Of a stretch of DNA of 39,269 nucleotides, positions 17,016 to 28,367 are shown piece by piece. Every line of letters starts with the position of its first letter. Positions within the stretch are counted from its first letter, which is position 1. The stretch is from positions 1 through 39,269 of the forward strand of contig JACQAR010000094.1 in NCBI GenBank assembly GCA_016194825.1. Direction: 5' to 3'. The notes under the pieces were generated by a model. That model was given only the letters and a program-made list of their open reading frames with translations. It made no database searches and was not told where the DNA came from. This DNA comes from Chlamydiia bacterium. Its GTDB lineage: Bacteria; Chlamydiota; Chlamydiia; Chlamydiales; SM23-39. Made by a program: the position numbers and the translations under genes.

Positions 17016-17962
17016 ACTTTTCCTAAGAGTTGTTTTGCTGCGCATAACTGCTTTTCTTGGTGTGCGACTTCATCGGAGTGAGAAAAAATCCTTCGGCTTT
17101 TCCCAACTTCAGTAAAGGTGTTCAGCAGGATGCAACACCACTTAATTTGCATCACAGGACGAATGATTGCAATGCTTTTGAAGAACATTTCCGGGTTTTT
17201 TGTGACAGTAGCAAAAGCTTGTGTAACGGTGGGAAAATAGTGTTCGGGAAAGGGGATTTTCGGTTGACTAAAGAGATCACAAAGAGTTTTCACAGGATGA
17301 TCCCAGCCCGCATATTCAAAATCGAGGAATGCCACGGTATCATCTGGTTGCAAAAGCGCATTATGGAATCCAAAATCAGAGGGAGAAATGCATCGATCTT
17401 CCCAATGTAAAGCAGCTTTACATTGCAGCTGTTTTATTTTAACCCATTGTGGATAAAGATCTTGTTTGTAAAAGCGAAGGGCTTCTTGTTCGACCGGGGT
17501 ACTTGCTATCATGGTTTGCAGTCGAGCGATTCTCTCATCAGTCACTTCGATAAATTTTTCGAGAGAAAAGCAGGCTTCCGACGCTATGTTCAATTGCGCA
17601 GCAGGTAAATGGGAACGATTCAAACAGAGAAAAAAATCGATCGTTTCTTGCACCCTTTTTGGTCCTATTTCTTCCGGTCGCAGGGCTCTTCCGGGCAAGT
17701 AAGAATAGAGGGCAGCGTTGGCTGCTGCGTCCATTTGCAAGGGCTTCGGGATGTTGCGAATCCCGATATCCCATGCATATTGTAGAAAAGAGAATTCGTT
17801 TTGCAACCGAGGTCGGGAATCTTTGGGATGCTGGAAATACTGTTTGTAAATCACAGGTTCGAGATCCTCAAACTCCAGCTTGTAGACCCTGTTATTGGCT
17901 CCTCCCGCTAACGGAACAGAACGGAGAGGTTTAGGGATGTGAAAAAGTGCTTCAACTGCCAT
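17003..17962 (-). CDS. Choline/ethanolamine-kinase / aminoglycoside-phosphotransferase-family kinase
   Basis: Motifs LAGGANNRVYKL (nucleotide loop), CISPSDFGFHNALL (catalytic D...N) and FLDFEYAGWDHP (ChoK-type DFEYA). The start is uncertain. ATG 17962 is chosen because it minimises overlap with the upstream HAD gene. 17983 and 18109 are also in frame. Confidence 0.6.
   Translation of the reverse strand: MAVEALFHIPKPLRSVPLAGGANNRVYKLEFEDLEPVIYKQYFQHPKDSRPRLQNEFSFLQYAWDIGIRNIPKPLQMDAAANAALYSYLPGRALRPEEIGPKRVQETIDFFLCLNRSHLPAAQLNIASEACFSLEKFIEVTDERIARLQTMIASTPVEQEALRFYKQDLYPQWVKIKQLQCKAALHWEDRCISPSDFGFHNALLQPDDTVAFLDFEYAGWDHPVKTLCDLFSQPKIPFPEHYFPTVTQAFATVTKNPEMFFKSIAIIRPVMQIKWCCILLNTFTEVGKSRRIFSHSDEVAHQEKQLCAAKQLLGKVCLT
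17403..17425. repeat. Inverted pair B of the GCTTTACAT word
   Basis: caatgtaaagc-a-gctttacattg has perfect 11-nt arms. It lies inside the kinase CDS, where it encodes QCKAALHW. Positions 17404-17427 are identical to 28326-28349. Confidence 0.9.
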
Positions 17963-18533
17963 ACAATATCTGAGTGATTTCATCCCAGGAAGAGGCTGTT
18001 TCCAATTCCGTATGATGCACTTTATGTGGATCAAAGAGAATCTTTCGGACATTGTCAGGGAATTGTGGGTGCTGCAAAACTTCTGGGAGATCATCAATAA
18101 AGACAGCACACTTTTGTGTGCGGATGCGTTGCAGTTTTTCTTCGAGCGTCAATTCAAAAAAAGCGGGTGGTTTCCAAGGAAAGTCTTGCGATTGAAACCA
18201 TTGCATCGCAGCTGCATGCAAATCATAGGCGGGTCCCAAAAAGGGGTGCTTAGTCTTATGGCTGATGACGTAAATGGGGGTGTTCTTGCTCTGGCTCAGC
18301 TGCAGAAATCGATCTACTCCAGGAAAAGCGGAAGCAAGATTCATCCGCTGTCCATAGATATAGCCTTGTAGCTCTGTCCAGGATGTTTCTTGTTTTTGCT
18401 GGCGTAAATAATCACGCACACCATTTTTTGAGTGGGGAATGGTTTCAGGAACGAGCTCTCGTTCTCGAGCTGCTTGATAAAAGGCATCGTCGTAACAGAC
18501 AATGGTATTATCAAAGTCGATGCCAATGGTCAT
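17952..18533 (-). CDS. HAD-superfamily hydrolase/phosphatase
   Basis: It starts MTIGIDFDNTIV (HAD motif I DxDxT) and has FIDD near the C-terminus (motif IV-like). ATGA overlap with the upstream ADH gene. Confidence 0.55.
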   Translation of the reverse strand: MTIGIDFDNTIVCYDDAFYQAARERELVPETIPHSKNGVRDYLRQQKQETSWTELQGYIYGQRMNLASAFPGVDRFLQLSQSKNTPIYVISHKTKHPFLGPAYDLHAAAMQWFQSQDFPWKPPAFFELTLEEKLQRIRTQKCAVFIDDLPEVLQHPQFPDNVRKILFDPHKVHHTELETASSWDEITQILYGS

Positions 18534-19561
18534 GGTGCACTCATGTCGATGATGGGACGTAAGGTGTGTCCCTGTTCGAGATCGCTCAACGCTTGTTCAA
18601 TCTGAGATAAGCTATAGCTTTTGCCGATTAGAGGTTTCACATTGAGTTGTCCGTAGTGAATCAAATTGCAATAGCGAGGATAATGCACATCGGGGTGATT
18701 GTCGCCTCCCCAGGTTCCCAAAATGCGCTTTCCCTGGTTCAATTCTTTTGGATCCAGAGACCAGAAGTGTTCTTGTTTTGCATTGCCGATGATCACAGCA
18801 GTTCCTCCCTGAGAGCGAACCGATTTGAGTGCTTGGTTCATGACGGCAGGGTGACCGCTTGCCTCAATGGCGTAATCGAGAGGGCCGATTTTTTGAATGG
18901 CTTGGATGGGATCTTCTTTTGAGGCATCGATGACGTGGGTGGCGCCCATTTGTTTTGCGCTTTCGAGCTTAGAAGCTTGGATATCAACAGCAATGATCGG
19001 CACGCAGCCGGCGATAGCTGCTCCTTTAATTGCGCAAAGACCAATGCCGCCGCATCCGAAGACGGCCAAACTCTCTCCGGCTCGCGGTTTTGCTGTGTTA
19101 AAAACTACTCCCAAGCCTGTTGGAATGGCGCATCCGAGTAAAGCGGCCTCCTTCATCGGGAAATCATTCCGAATGGGGGTGAGGCGATTTTCGCTGATGA
19201 TCGAATATTTGCTAAATGTTGTAATCGCACCTGCATTGACCTTTTGCCCTTTCCAATCGAAAATCGAACCGGCGATATTCGCGCCTGATCCTTTAATCCA
19301 GGAGAGAATGACTGCATCACCTGGCTTGACTTTTTCTACTTTTTCTCCCACTTCCACCACGACTCCACTGCCTTCATGTCCCAAACAGTGAGGAAGGTAG
19401 GGGTCTTTGCCCCGATGGCCTCGGTATTCTAAGACTTGGGTATGGCAGACGCCGCTATATTTGACCTCAATGAGGACTTGTCCTGGCTTTAGCGGGGGCA
19501 GAGTCAGGGTATCAATCACAATCCGATTGATATCAACGAGGATGGCTGCTGGTGTTTGCAT
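18530..19561 (-). CDS. Zinc-dependent medium-chain alcohol/polyol(-phosphate) dehydrogenase
   Basis: Motifs GVCHTQ, GHEGSGVVVEVG (zinc ligands), and GCGGIGLCAI (NAD(P) Rossmann). Confidence 0.8.
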   Translation of the reverse strand: MQTPAAILVDINRIVIDTLTLPPLKPGQVLIEVKYSGVCHTQVLEYRGHRGKDPYLPHCLGHEGSGVVVEVGEKVEKVKPGDAVILSWIKGSGANIAGSIFDWKGQKVNAGAITTFSKYSIISENRLTPIRNDFPMKEAALLGCAIPTGLGVVFNTAKPRAGESLAVFGCGGIGLCAIKGAAIAGCVPIIAVDIQASKLESAKQMGATHVIDASKEDPIQAIQKIGPLDYAIEASGHPAVMNQALKSVRSQGGTAVIIGNAKQEHFWSLDPKELNQGKRILGTWGGDNHPDVHYPRYCNLIHYGQLNVKPLIGKSYSLSQIEQALSDLEQGHTLRPIIDMSAP

Positions 19562-20471
19562 AAAAACCTATTTTTTGTTCGATCCGATTAGCGATAGCTT
19601 GTGGGGTCAATCCGAATTGCTCTCGGATGTATTTTTGTGAACCGATGGGATGGGGAAAACGATCTTGCGTCCCGATGCGAAGCAGAGGGGTCGTGATCGA
19701 TTGATCCACAAGCCATTCAGCGACTGCAGAGCCGAAGCCTCCCATCAAACTGTGTTCTTCCAGCGTGACAAGCAGAGAAAAACGATGAGAGATATCTTGC
19801 AAGAGCTCGGTATCTAGGGGCTTGACTGTATGCATGCTGATGATGGCAGGAGGTTCTTTCAAGAGTTTTGAGGCTTCCATTGCTACTGAGAGCATATTCC
19901 CTGTGCTCAAGATGCAAATTTCTGTGCCTTTTTGAATCCAAGATCCTTTGCCGATCGCAATCTCTGGTACGGAAGAATAGATTTGCGGCTCGCCTGTTTT
20001 CCCAATCCTCATATACATGGGGCCAGGCCAGTTGAGACTTGCCCGCAAAAGAGCTCTTAGCTCCAGAGCATCGGCTGGACAAAGAACAGTCATATTGGGG
20101 ATGGTTCTGAGAAAGGCAATGTCCTCGCAAGAGTGATGCGTGCATCCCAAAGAAGCGTAAGAGAGGCCAGCACCCGTTCCTACAATGAGGACAGGAACTT
20201 GGTGGTAGCAAATATCATCTCGGATCTGCTCTAGACAGCGGGTTGTATTGAAGGGTGTGATGGTATAGGTGATGGGTCTCAGCCCACACATGGCCATTCC
20301 GGCAGCGACACTGGCCATATTGGCCTCGGCCACGCCGCAGTTGAAAAAACGGTTGGAGAATTTTGTTTTGAAGGGCTCGAAGAGCCGGTTCCCAATATCC
20401 CCTGAAAGCAGGACAATCCGAGAGTCGCTTCCCGCCAGTTGGCCAATTTCATCTGCAAATGCATTTCTCAT
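19533..20471 (-). CDS. Transketolase, C-terminal (pyrimidine-binding) subunit
   Basis: FFNCGVAEANMASVAAGMAMCGLRP, typical of the split transketolase B subunit. ATG 20471 overlaps the upstream TGA by 1 nt (the track's TTG at 20474 is an alternative). Confidence 0.85.
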   Translation of the reverse strand: MRNAFADEIGQLAGSDSRIVLLSGDIGNRLFEPFKTKFSNRFFNCGVAEANMASVAAGMAMCGLRPITYTITPFNTTRCLEQIRDDICYHQVPVLIVGTGAGLSYASLGCTHHSCEDIAFLRTIPNMTVLCPADALELRALLRASLNWPGPMYMRIGKTGEPQIYSSVPEIAIGKGSWIQKGTEICILSTGNMLSVAMEASKLLKEPPAIISMHTVKPLDTELLQDISHRFSLLVTLEEHSLMGGFGSAVAEWLVDQSITTPLLRIGTQDRFPHPIGSQKYIREQFGLTPQAIANRIEQKIGFYANTSSHPR

Positions 20472-21283
20472 CAAACACCTAGTTCCGCTTTTGCCTTGGC
20501 TAACTCTTCATCGTTCGGAATCCGGTAGTGCCAGTTGTTATCATCTCTCATGAATGAAACCCCTTCTCCTTTCACGGTATGCGCGATGATTGCGGTCGGT
20601 TTCCCTCTCGTTTCGGGGATCTTAGAAAATACGGACAAGATCTCCTGAAAATTGTGGCCGTCAATCTCATATGTTTGCCATCCAAAGGCTTCCCATTTTT
20701 CTTTCAAAGGAGACAGTTGCATGATTTCTTGGCTTCTCCCTGTAGCCTGCCATTTATTGAAATCGACAATAGCAATCAGGTTGTCTAATTTGCGGGCGGG
20801 AGCAAACATCGCAGCTTCCCAAACAGAGCCCTCATTGCACTCGCCGTCGCTCAAAAGAACCATGAGTCGGTACGATTCGTTGAGGATGCGCCCTGCTAAG
20901 GCCTGCCCAATGGCAACCGACAAGCCATGCCCTAGAGATCCGGTCGCCATTTCCACTCCCGATACGCATTTCGGAGTGGGGTGTTCCGGCAATGCCCCTC
21001 CATCTTTATTGAATGTTTTGAGCCATTCGCTAGGAAAAAATTTTCTCTTGGCCAAGAGTGCGTATAAGGTGCTGATTGCGTGACCTTTGCTTAAAATAAA
21101 ACGATCTCGCAGTCGGTGTTGAGGCAATTGGGGGTCAATCTGCAAGAATTCGTAATAGGCAGCGACGAGAATATCTACGCAAGATAGAGAAGAGCCTAGG
21201 TGAGGGGCTTTTCCTATTTTGGACATTTCAATGATTGTATAGCGGATTTCTCTTGCTATGCGTTGTAAATCTTCGATTTCCAT
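20471..21283 (-). CDS. Transketolase, N-terminal (ThDP-binding) subunit
   Basis: Motifs APHLGSSLSCVDILVAAYY and LLSDGECNEGSVWEAAMFA. The start is set at MEIEDLQRIAREIR (ATG 21283), which fits the family N-terminus. The track's start at 21331 would overlap the GT2 gene by 76 nt. Confidence 0.85.
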   Translation of the reverse strand: MEIEDLQRIAREIRYTIIEMSKIGKAPHLGSSLSCVDILVAAYYEFLQIDPQLPQHRLRDRFILSKGHAISTLYALLAKRKFFPSEWLKTFNKDGGALPEHPTPKCVSGVEMATGSLGHGLSVAIGQALAGRILNESYRLMVLLSDGECNEGSVWEAAMFAPARKLDNLIAIVDFNKWQATGRSQEIMQLSPLKEKWEAFGWQTYEIDGHNFQEILSVFSKIPETRGKPTAIIAHTVKGEGVSFMRDDNNWHYRIPNDEELAKAKAELGV

Positions 21284-22170
21284 AAACCTTTTCGCAGTTT
21301 TCTCGCGACTAAATGAAGAAAAGCACTCCATCGATTCGGCTTCAAAAATTCAGCAGGAATGGCTCTGAAAACCCATCCCAAAAGACAGGCGCGATAAAAC
21401 AGCTTTTGTGAGGGCTGTTGATCCAGAAATTTTAAAAATTGCCTGGCGCCCGCTTTTCTTGTTTCTTTCGTGCGCACGAGTTTAGCACTGTAAGAATGAG
21501 AATGGGAATAGAGATAGGCAAGAACTTCTGGGAGGTAAACGACCCCCTCATTGAGGGCGATATAATGAAAGAGATACCAGTCGCATTTTTCTCGGATTGC
21601 GGCCTCAAATTTTCCATATCGGATGACCGATTCTTTTTTGACGATTGTTGTGTGACCCGGGATCCAAAAGTTGGATGTTTGCAATTGCTTAATGAGCGTG
21701 TCTGGTTGCAAAACGACAGGAGCTGAGACTCCTTTTAAAAGGGGGAAGGAGAAGAGATGGGATCTTCCGGTTCGCTCCTCTACATACCCAAAATCAGAAC
21801 AACAGATTCCAATCGCTGGGTTTGCCAAAAGCGCCTCCATCGATTTTCTGAGGAACTGACGGTCTCGAAAATCATCTGCTGCGAGCCAATGGATGTATTT
21901 TCCCTGCGCCAGATCGATGCTATGGTTCACCGAAAAGTGGGTTCCTCGATTTTGTTCATAGAAAATGGGGCGGATATAGGGGTATTTGCGGGCATATTCC
22001 TGGATGATGTCTCGACTATTATCTGTGGAAGCATCATCAATGATAATCAGCTCCATTTGTTCAGAGGGGAAGTCCTGGATGAGAATGGAATCAATGGCAT
22101 CACGAATAAAATGTGCGTAATTGTAGCTTTGAATGACGACGGAAAGGAGCGGCTGTGATGACATTGCCAT
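21256..22170 (-). CDS. GT2-family glycosyltransferase
   Basis: LSVVIQSYNYAHFIRDAIDSILIQDF...LIIIDDASTDNS (GT-A DxD region). Confidence 0.8.
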   Translation of the reverse strand: MAMSSQPLLSVVIQSYNYAHFIRDAIDSILIQDFPSEQMELIIIDDASTDNSRDIIQEYARKYPYIRPIFYEQNRGTHFSVNHSIDLAQGKYIHWLAADDFRDRQFLRKSMEALLANPAIGICCSDFGYVEERTGRSHLFSFPLLKGVSAPVVLQPDTLIKQLQTSNFWIPGHTTIVKKESVIRYGKFEAAIREKCDWYLFHYIALNEGVVYLPEVLAYLYSHSHSYSAKLVRTKETRKAGARQFLKFLDQQPSQKLFYRACLLGWVFRAIPAEFLKPNRWSAFLHLVARKLRKGLWKSKIYNA

Positions 22171-22188
22171 TAATTGTATCGTTTTTTG

Positions 22189-23475
22189 CTATATGAGTAA
22201 ATGTTCATATTTTCTCAGAAACATTTTCCCGACCCGAGCCTGAGAGCCTTTGGAAGGATTAAAGGAGCTGAGCATGGATTTAAAGCGGAGTTGAAGCTCC
22301 TGGTCTTTGGCCTCTATTTGTAATCGATTCTCTAGCCGATCAAACATCTCTAACACCGTATCTAGTATTTCTTCAGGTGCATTTTCTGTTAATTCTATTT
22401 GGAACTCATTGTATTCGTTGCTATTGATGGAAGTGGAAAGGAAGGATTGCAGACAAATCGAGAAGGGAATCCATTTCTGATCTACTTTCGATTTTTGGAG
22501 CTTAAAGATCACAATATCATCTTCTTTTGAAGCGACTCCCAGGATGCCAAAGGGAACGACATTGACCCAGATACAAGGAACGCCAAAGAGACTCGCAGTC
22601 ACTGTTAGGCCGCTATTATTGCCGAGAAAAAATCGGCAATGAGACACCAAAAATATATCCATAAAGTCACTGACATACTCCGTATGAGGGTAGTCAATGA
22701 TTCTAGGAGAGGCGAGAGAGGGAGGGAGCGGACTTGCGAATGCTGACCCTGTACGAATGCACCACCCTCCTCTTTGGACTATTTCTTCTAGGGCAAGCTG
22801 TAAATGTTCGATCTTGGCATTACGACAAGTGGTTTCATGGGGAGCATAATACCCTTCTTCACGGCAATTGAAGCAGACAAACCATGCATCTTTTGGAACG
22901 CCTAGTTTCTCTAGGATGGCTCTTCCTTGCTGTTTCTGTTTTATATCTAGGGAAAGTAGGGGAGAAAAGCCTCTGTTCTTTTCAAATTTATCTCGAAACG
23001 CGTTGTGAATGGATATGTAATCCCAGCCGGGCCGATAGTTTCTGGCAAATTTTAACTGCAAATAATAATCGCAATCATATTGTAATAGCGGCGATTTCAG
23101 AATGGGGTAAAGAAGGATATATAGAAAGAGATTGTCAATAACAAAGAAGTGTTTGCGCCAGCAATCTAAAAGTGTTTGGTTGCACACTGCAGATCGCAAA
23201 GACTTCTCAAATAAAAATGAACGAAAAGGGGGAAAGAGAATGGTGCGATGCTTGTTGTTCAAAATCAAATGTTCTCGGAGATAAAGATCGGGTTCTACCG
23301 CAAGATGACCGATGGCTTGAAATTTCACAGCCAGCACGCGCACCTTGGCAAGCTTTAAAAGAAAAGCGACGGGAAGCAACAGCCAAGTCAATCCTTCTAA
23401 GCTTTTTTTGATGAGCAGGTGCAATATTCTACGGGACCAGGAAGAATCGTTAAGAGGGCGAATGGCTCTTTTCAT
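22189..23475 (-). CDS. Uncharacterised 428-aa protein, putative GT-B-like glycosyltransferase
   Basis: The only recognisable feature is the C-terminal-half block FFLGNNSGLTVTASLFGVPCIWVN, which resembles nucleotide-sugar-binding loops of GT-B enzymes. ATGA overlap with the upstream gene. Confidence 0.3.
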   Translation of the reverse strand: MKRAIRPLNDSSWSRRILHLLIKKSLEGLTWLLLPVAFLLKLAKVRVLAVKFQAIGHLAVEPDLYLREHLILNNKHRTILFPPFRSFLFEKSLRSAVCNQTLLDCWRKHFFVIDNLFLYILLYPILKSPLLQYDCDYYLQLKFARNYRPGWDYISIHNAFRDKFEKNRGFSPLLSLDIKQKQQGRAILEKLGVPKDAWFVCFNCREEGYYAPHETTCRNAKIEHLQLALEEIVQRGGWCIRTGSAFASPLPPSLASPRIIDYPHTEYVSDFMDIFLVSHCRFFLGNNSGLTVTASLFGVPCIWVNVVPFGILGVASKEDDIVIFKLQKSKVDQKWIPFSICLQSFLSTSINSNEYNEFQIELTENAPEEILDTVLEMFDRLENRLQIEAKDQELQLRFKSMLSSFNPSKGSQARVGKMFLRKYEHLLI

Positions 23476-24587
23476 CTTATTTCTAAATGCTGAAGGGTTT
23501 TGGCGAACGTACTTTCACAATGGTATTCTGCATAGCTTTGCCGCATGATTTCAAGTCTTTTATGCAATATTTGATCCCCTAATAAATCAGACATGCGATG
23601 CTCAAAACACGACCAATCCACAATGTAGTCAGAAAGATCATAACGCAGGCATTCGTGAGACATCCAGGTGTCTGCTTGGACTAGAGGGATTGCTTGGCTC
23701 AAGATAGCCTCCACAAAAATTCCCGAGGTTCGATTTCCGTAAATCTGCTTATCATAAGGAAGTAAGACAAAGTGTACCCGACTCAGCCACGTACAATATT
23801 CCTCGCGTGAAAGGATGCTAGGTAAAAATTGCACTTTCTTATGTTGAAAAGTAGGGTCCGTTTGTAGAGCATCAGCGACAAGCAGTTGTATTGGCTGTGA
23901 GCTTTGTGACAATCTCCGCGAAAACTCTACAATCATGGTGAGCCCTTTCTCACTTCTCGGAGGGCCTGGCCACCAACACAGAATGGGGGAAGCGGAGAGC
24001 GTCTGTTTGCGAAAGACGCCTTGTGTATGCGGAATAGGAATCACGCGGACAGGTTTTTGCAAAAAAAGGGAAAGCTCTTTCGCAATGGGCTCGCTATCAC
24101 TCAATAACACTGTTCCATTTTTCCCAATCCCCCAATCAAATAATTTTTGAAGAAGTCGATGGATTTTCCCTCCGGTTTTCAACTGTCCAGGTGCAAAGCG
24201 GATCATATGCCAAAACTGTACCTTGGGGCGGATGCAAAAAAGAGCTACAGCTAAGGCGGCTAAAACGGGAAGCGTGTAGTATTCGAGGAATAGAACTGCT
24301 TTTTTAGTTCTCAGTTTGCGCAAAAAATAGAAGAAAAAGAGAAGGTTCCCAAAGAAGGGGCGCAGCAGTCTTTCCACAACTGAAAAAGTTCCCATTATTT
24401 GTGTGTTGAAATGGAGGGCCCGTATCCAAGTTTTTGGAGGCGCCTGAATCTGACAATTTTTGGGAATTAAGGAGATATGTTTCCAACCATTGGTGCGGGC
24501 TGCTTGAGAAACAGAGTGATTGTAGATGGCTACATGCCCACTTTCATCGTGTAAAGAGGGAAGGAGAGAGTAAAGAATTGTCTTCAT
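23472..24587 (-). CDS. Uncharacterised putative glycosyltransferase, paralog a
   Basis: It aligns end to end by eye with 25545-26612 (LFLEYY/LFLEHF, VIPIPH/VVPIPH, CWWPG, LLPYD, TSGIFVEAI). The SGIFVEAI block resembles the GT-B EX7E region. Confidence 0.4.
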   Translation of the reverse strand: MKTILYSLLPSLHDESGHVAIYNHSVSQAARTNGWKHISLIPKNCQIQAPPKTWIRALHFNTQIMGTFSVVERLLRPFFGNLLFFFYFLRKLRTKKAVLFLEYYTLPVLAALAVALFCIRPKVQFWHMIRFAPGQLKTGGKIHRLLQKLFDWGIGKNGTVLLSDSEPIAKELSLFLQKPVRVIPIPHTQGVFRKQTLSASPILCWWPGPPRSEKGLTMIVEFSRRLSQSSQPIQLLVADALQTDPTFQHKKVQFLPSILSREEYCTWLSRVHFVLLPYDKQIYGNRTSGIFVEAILSQAIPLVQADTWMSHECLRYDLSDYIVDWSCFEHRMSDLLGDQILHKRLEIMRQSYAEYHCESTFAKTLQHLEIR

Positions 24588-24590
24588 TAA

Positions 24591-26608
<2,018 letters not shown>

Positions 26609-26612
<4 letters not shown>

Positions 26613-27292
26613 ACAACCAGAGATTTTAACACGTTTTGGGCATCTTGGAGCGATTGAGGCGTGCCGATGTCGATAAAAGTAGCAGAGTGGCGATAGGCAA
26701 ACACTCCTTGCGGGATAAGGGTGGGGAAAATGTCTTTTTCTAAAGAACAAGACCGAAGGGGAAAAGCTTCTAGCGCTTTTTTTTGCATGAGGTAGATGCC
26801 GGCATTGATCCAGCCGGGTTTAGATTCTCCCCGCTTTTCCTGAAAGCAGCGGATGCGTCCCGTCTCTTCTAACTCCAGAGAGCCATAGCGGCTAATGTCT
26901 TCGATATGATGGCAGGCAATCGTAGCGACAGCGGAATGGGTGCGGTGGAGCTCGAGGAAAGGAGCCAGTGGCAGATCAAAAAAAGAATCGCCGTTCATGA
27001 CCAGAAAAGTCTCTGCGCGGATTTTAGAGAGAGCATTGAGGAGCGCGCCTCCGGTGCCAAGAGGGGCAGTTTCCCAGGAGTATTCGATTGGCAAGTGGAG
27101 GCTGTTTACATAGTCGACAATGGCTTGCGCCCTGTGCCCGATGGCAAGGACGATCTTGCTCACTTGCCAGTGGGTGAGCTGATCGAGCAGAATTTTGAGG
27201 AAAGGGATCTGTTGGATCGGAGCCAGGGCTTTTGGAAGATTAGGCAATGCGAGGCGGGTTCCAAGCCCACCGACTAATAGAAGTGCTTCCAC
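26609..27292 (-). CDS. Sugar-1-phosphate nucleotidyltransferase (HddC-like heptose-1-phosphate guanylyltransferase candidate)
   Basis: LLVGGLGTRL (GGxGTRL) at the N-terminus and a ~227-aa single domain. It lies adjacent to a GHMP kinase, as in hddA-hddC pairs. GTG start. Confidence 0.65.
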
Positions 27293-27293
27293 A

Positions 27294-28295
27294 TCAGTCC
27301 TTCATGTAAATAATGGTGCTCCCCTCGTTTTCAAAACGGACAGGGACTTCGAGAAGATCTTTGAGTGCAGCGCGGACGTTGGGCTGCGCTTCGGGAGGAA
27401 CAAAGAGGGCCAGAAATCCTCCGCTGCCCGCCCCGCAGAGCTTGCCGCCATAGGCGCCACATTGGAGCGCCATTTGATACATAGCATCGATCGTCGGATT
27501 GGAAATTTTACTCGAGAGCTGTTTTTTCAAACTCCACCCTTCGTTTAAAAGTTTGCCGAGCTCGGGCATCATCTGATGCGGTGTGGCGTCGGACAGAATT
27601 CCTTCTGCTTCAAAGACCATCTCATACATGCGCTTCAAGTAGCTGTCGTTGTCGAGACTTTGGGTCTTATCGATCTGCTCTTTCACGATTTCACTGGCAA
27701 AGCGGGTCAGTCCTGTATAGAAGACGAGGAGATGATTTTGGAAGAGCTCTTTTTTCTCTGGAGAAATGATGACGGGGCGCACGCGGATTTGCGAGGCGCT
27801 AAATTCCATGATGTTCATGCCGCCAAAAGCTGCGTGGAACTGATCTTGCGATCCCACGTTTTCTCGGATGACCTGTTGCTCCACATGGCATGCCTCTTGT
27901 GCGAGGGTCTGTTTGCCGATTTTTTTTCCTTCCAAGGCATAGAGCGCATTGAGAAAGCCGACTGTGAAAGAAGATGAGGAGCCAAGACCTGTTTTTGCAG
28001 GGAGGTCTGCAGAGACATGGATATCGATTTTCGGGAACATCCCTTTGTGTTGCAGACAGCCACGGACGCTGGGATGCTGGATCTCTTCGAGCGTCCGGAT
28101 GAGTTCAATTTTGGAATAGCTAATGCGGAGTTTATGGTCGAAAAAATCGCTCAATGTGTTGATGTTGATGTAGGTGTATTTGTCGATGGTCGTCCCCAGA
28201 ATAGCACCCGGATGTCTGAGGTAATAGGCTGGATAGTCGGTGCCCCCTCCAAAGAAGCTGATCCGGACAGGTGTTCGGGAGATGATTCTTCGCAT
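27294..28295 (-). CDS. GHMP-family sugar kinase (HddA-like heptose-7-phosphate kinase candidate)
   Basis: Motifs PAKTGLGSSSSFTVG (GHMP motif II) and GGKLCGAGSGGF (motif III). Confidence 0.7.
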   Translation of the reverse strand: MRRIISRTPVRISFFGGGTDYPAYYLRHPGAILGTTIDKYTYININTLSDFFDHKLRISYSKIELIRTLEEIQHPSVRGCLQHKGMFPKIDIHVSADLPAKTGLGSSSSFTVGFLNALYALEGKKIGKQTLAQEACHVEQQVIRENVGSQDQFHAAFGGMNIMEFSASQIRVRPVIISPEKKELFQNHLLVFYTGLTRFASEIVKEQIDKTQSLDNDSYLKRMYEMVFEAEGILSDATPHQMMPELGKLLNEGWSLKKQLSSKISNPTIDAMYQMALQCGAYGGKLCGAGSGGFLALFVPPEAQPNVRAALKDLLEVPVRFENEGSTIIYMKD

Positions 28296-28325
28296 AGAAG
28301 TGTCAGTTTGGCAGCAATTGGCTCA

Positions 28326-28346
28326 AATGTAAAGCAGCTTTACATT
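28326..28346. promoter_or_regulatory. Inverted pair C of the GCTTTACAT word, in a divergent intergenic region (candidate operator)
   Basis: aatgtaaagc-a-gctttacatt has perfect 10-nt arms. It is the only copy outside a CDS, and it lies between divergent starts at 28295 (-) and 28376 (+). Confidence 0.5.
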
Positions 28347-28367
28347 GCACTTTCGGTGCGCTATCAT
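28339..28367 (+). promoter_or_regulatory. Possible promoter for the 28376-35437 operon, with its -35 embedded in palindrome C
   Basis: TTTACA (28339-28344), a 17-nt spacer, then TATCAT (28362-28367). The ATG lies 8 nt after the -10, giving near-leaderless geometry. Confidence 0.4.

Noticed and set aside
18897-19391. Long antisense or alternative-frame ORFs inside well-supported genes (for example 18897-19391, 36924-37676, 4920-5582, 33718-34239, 3795-4274, 11199-11636, 20652-21083, 34379-34834)
   Set aside because: Each lies opposite to, or out of frame with, a gene carrying clear catalytic motifs. Their translations are low-complexity (Arg/Ser/Pro/Gly-rich) with no motifs, as is typical of shadow ORFs.
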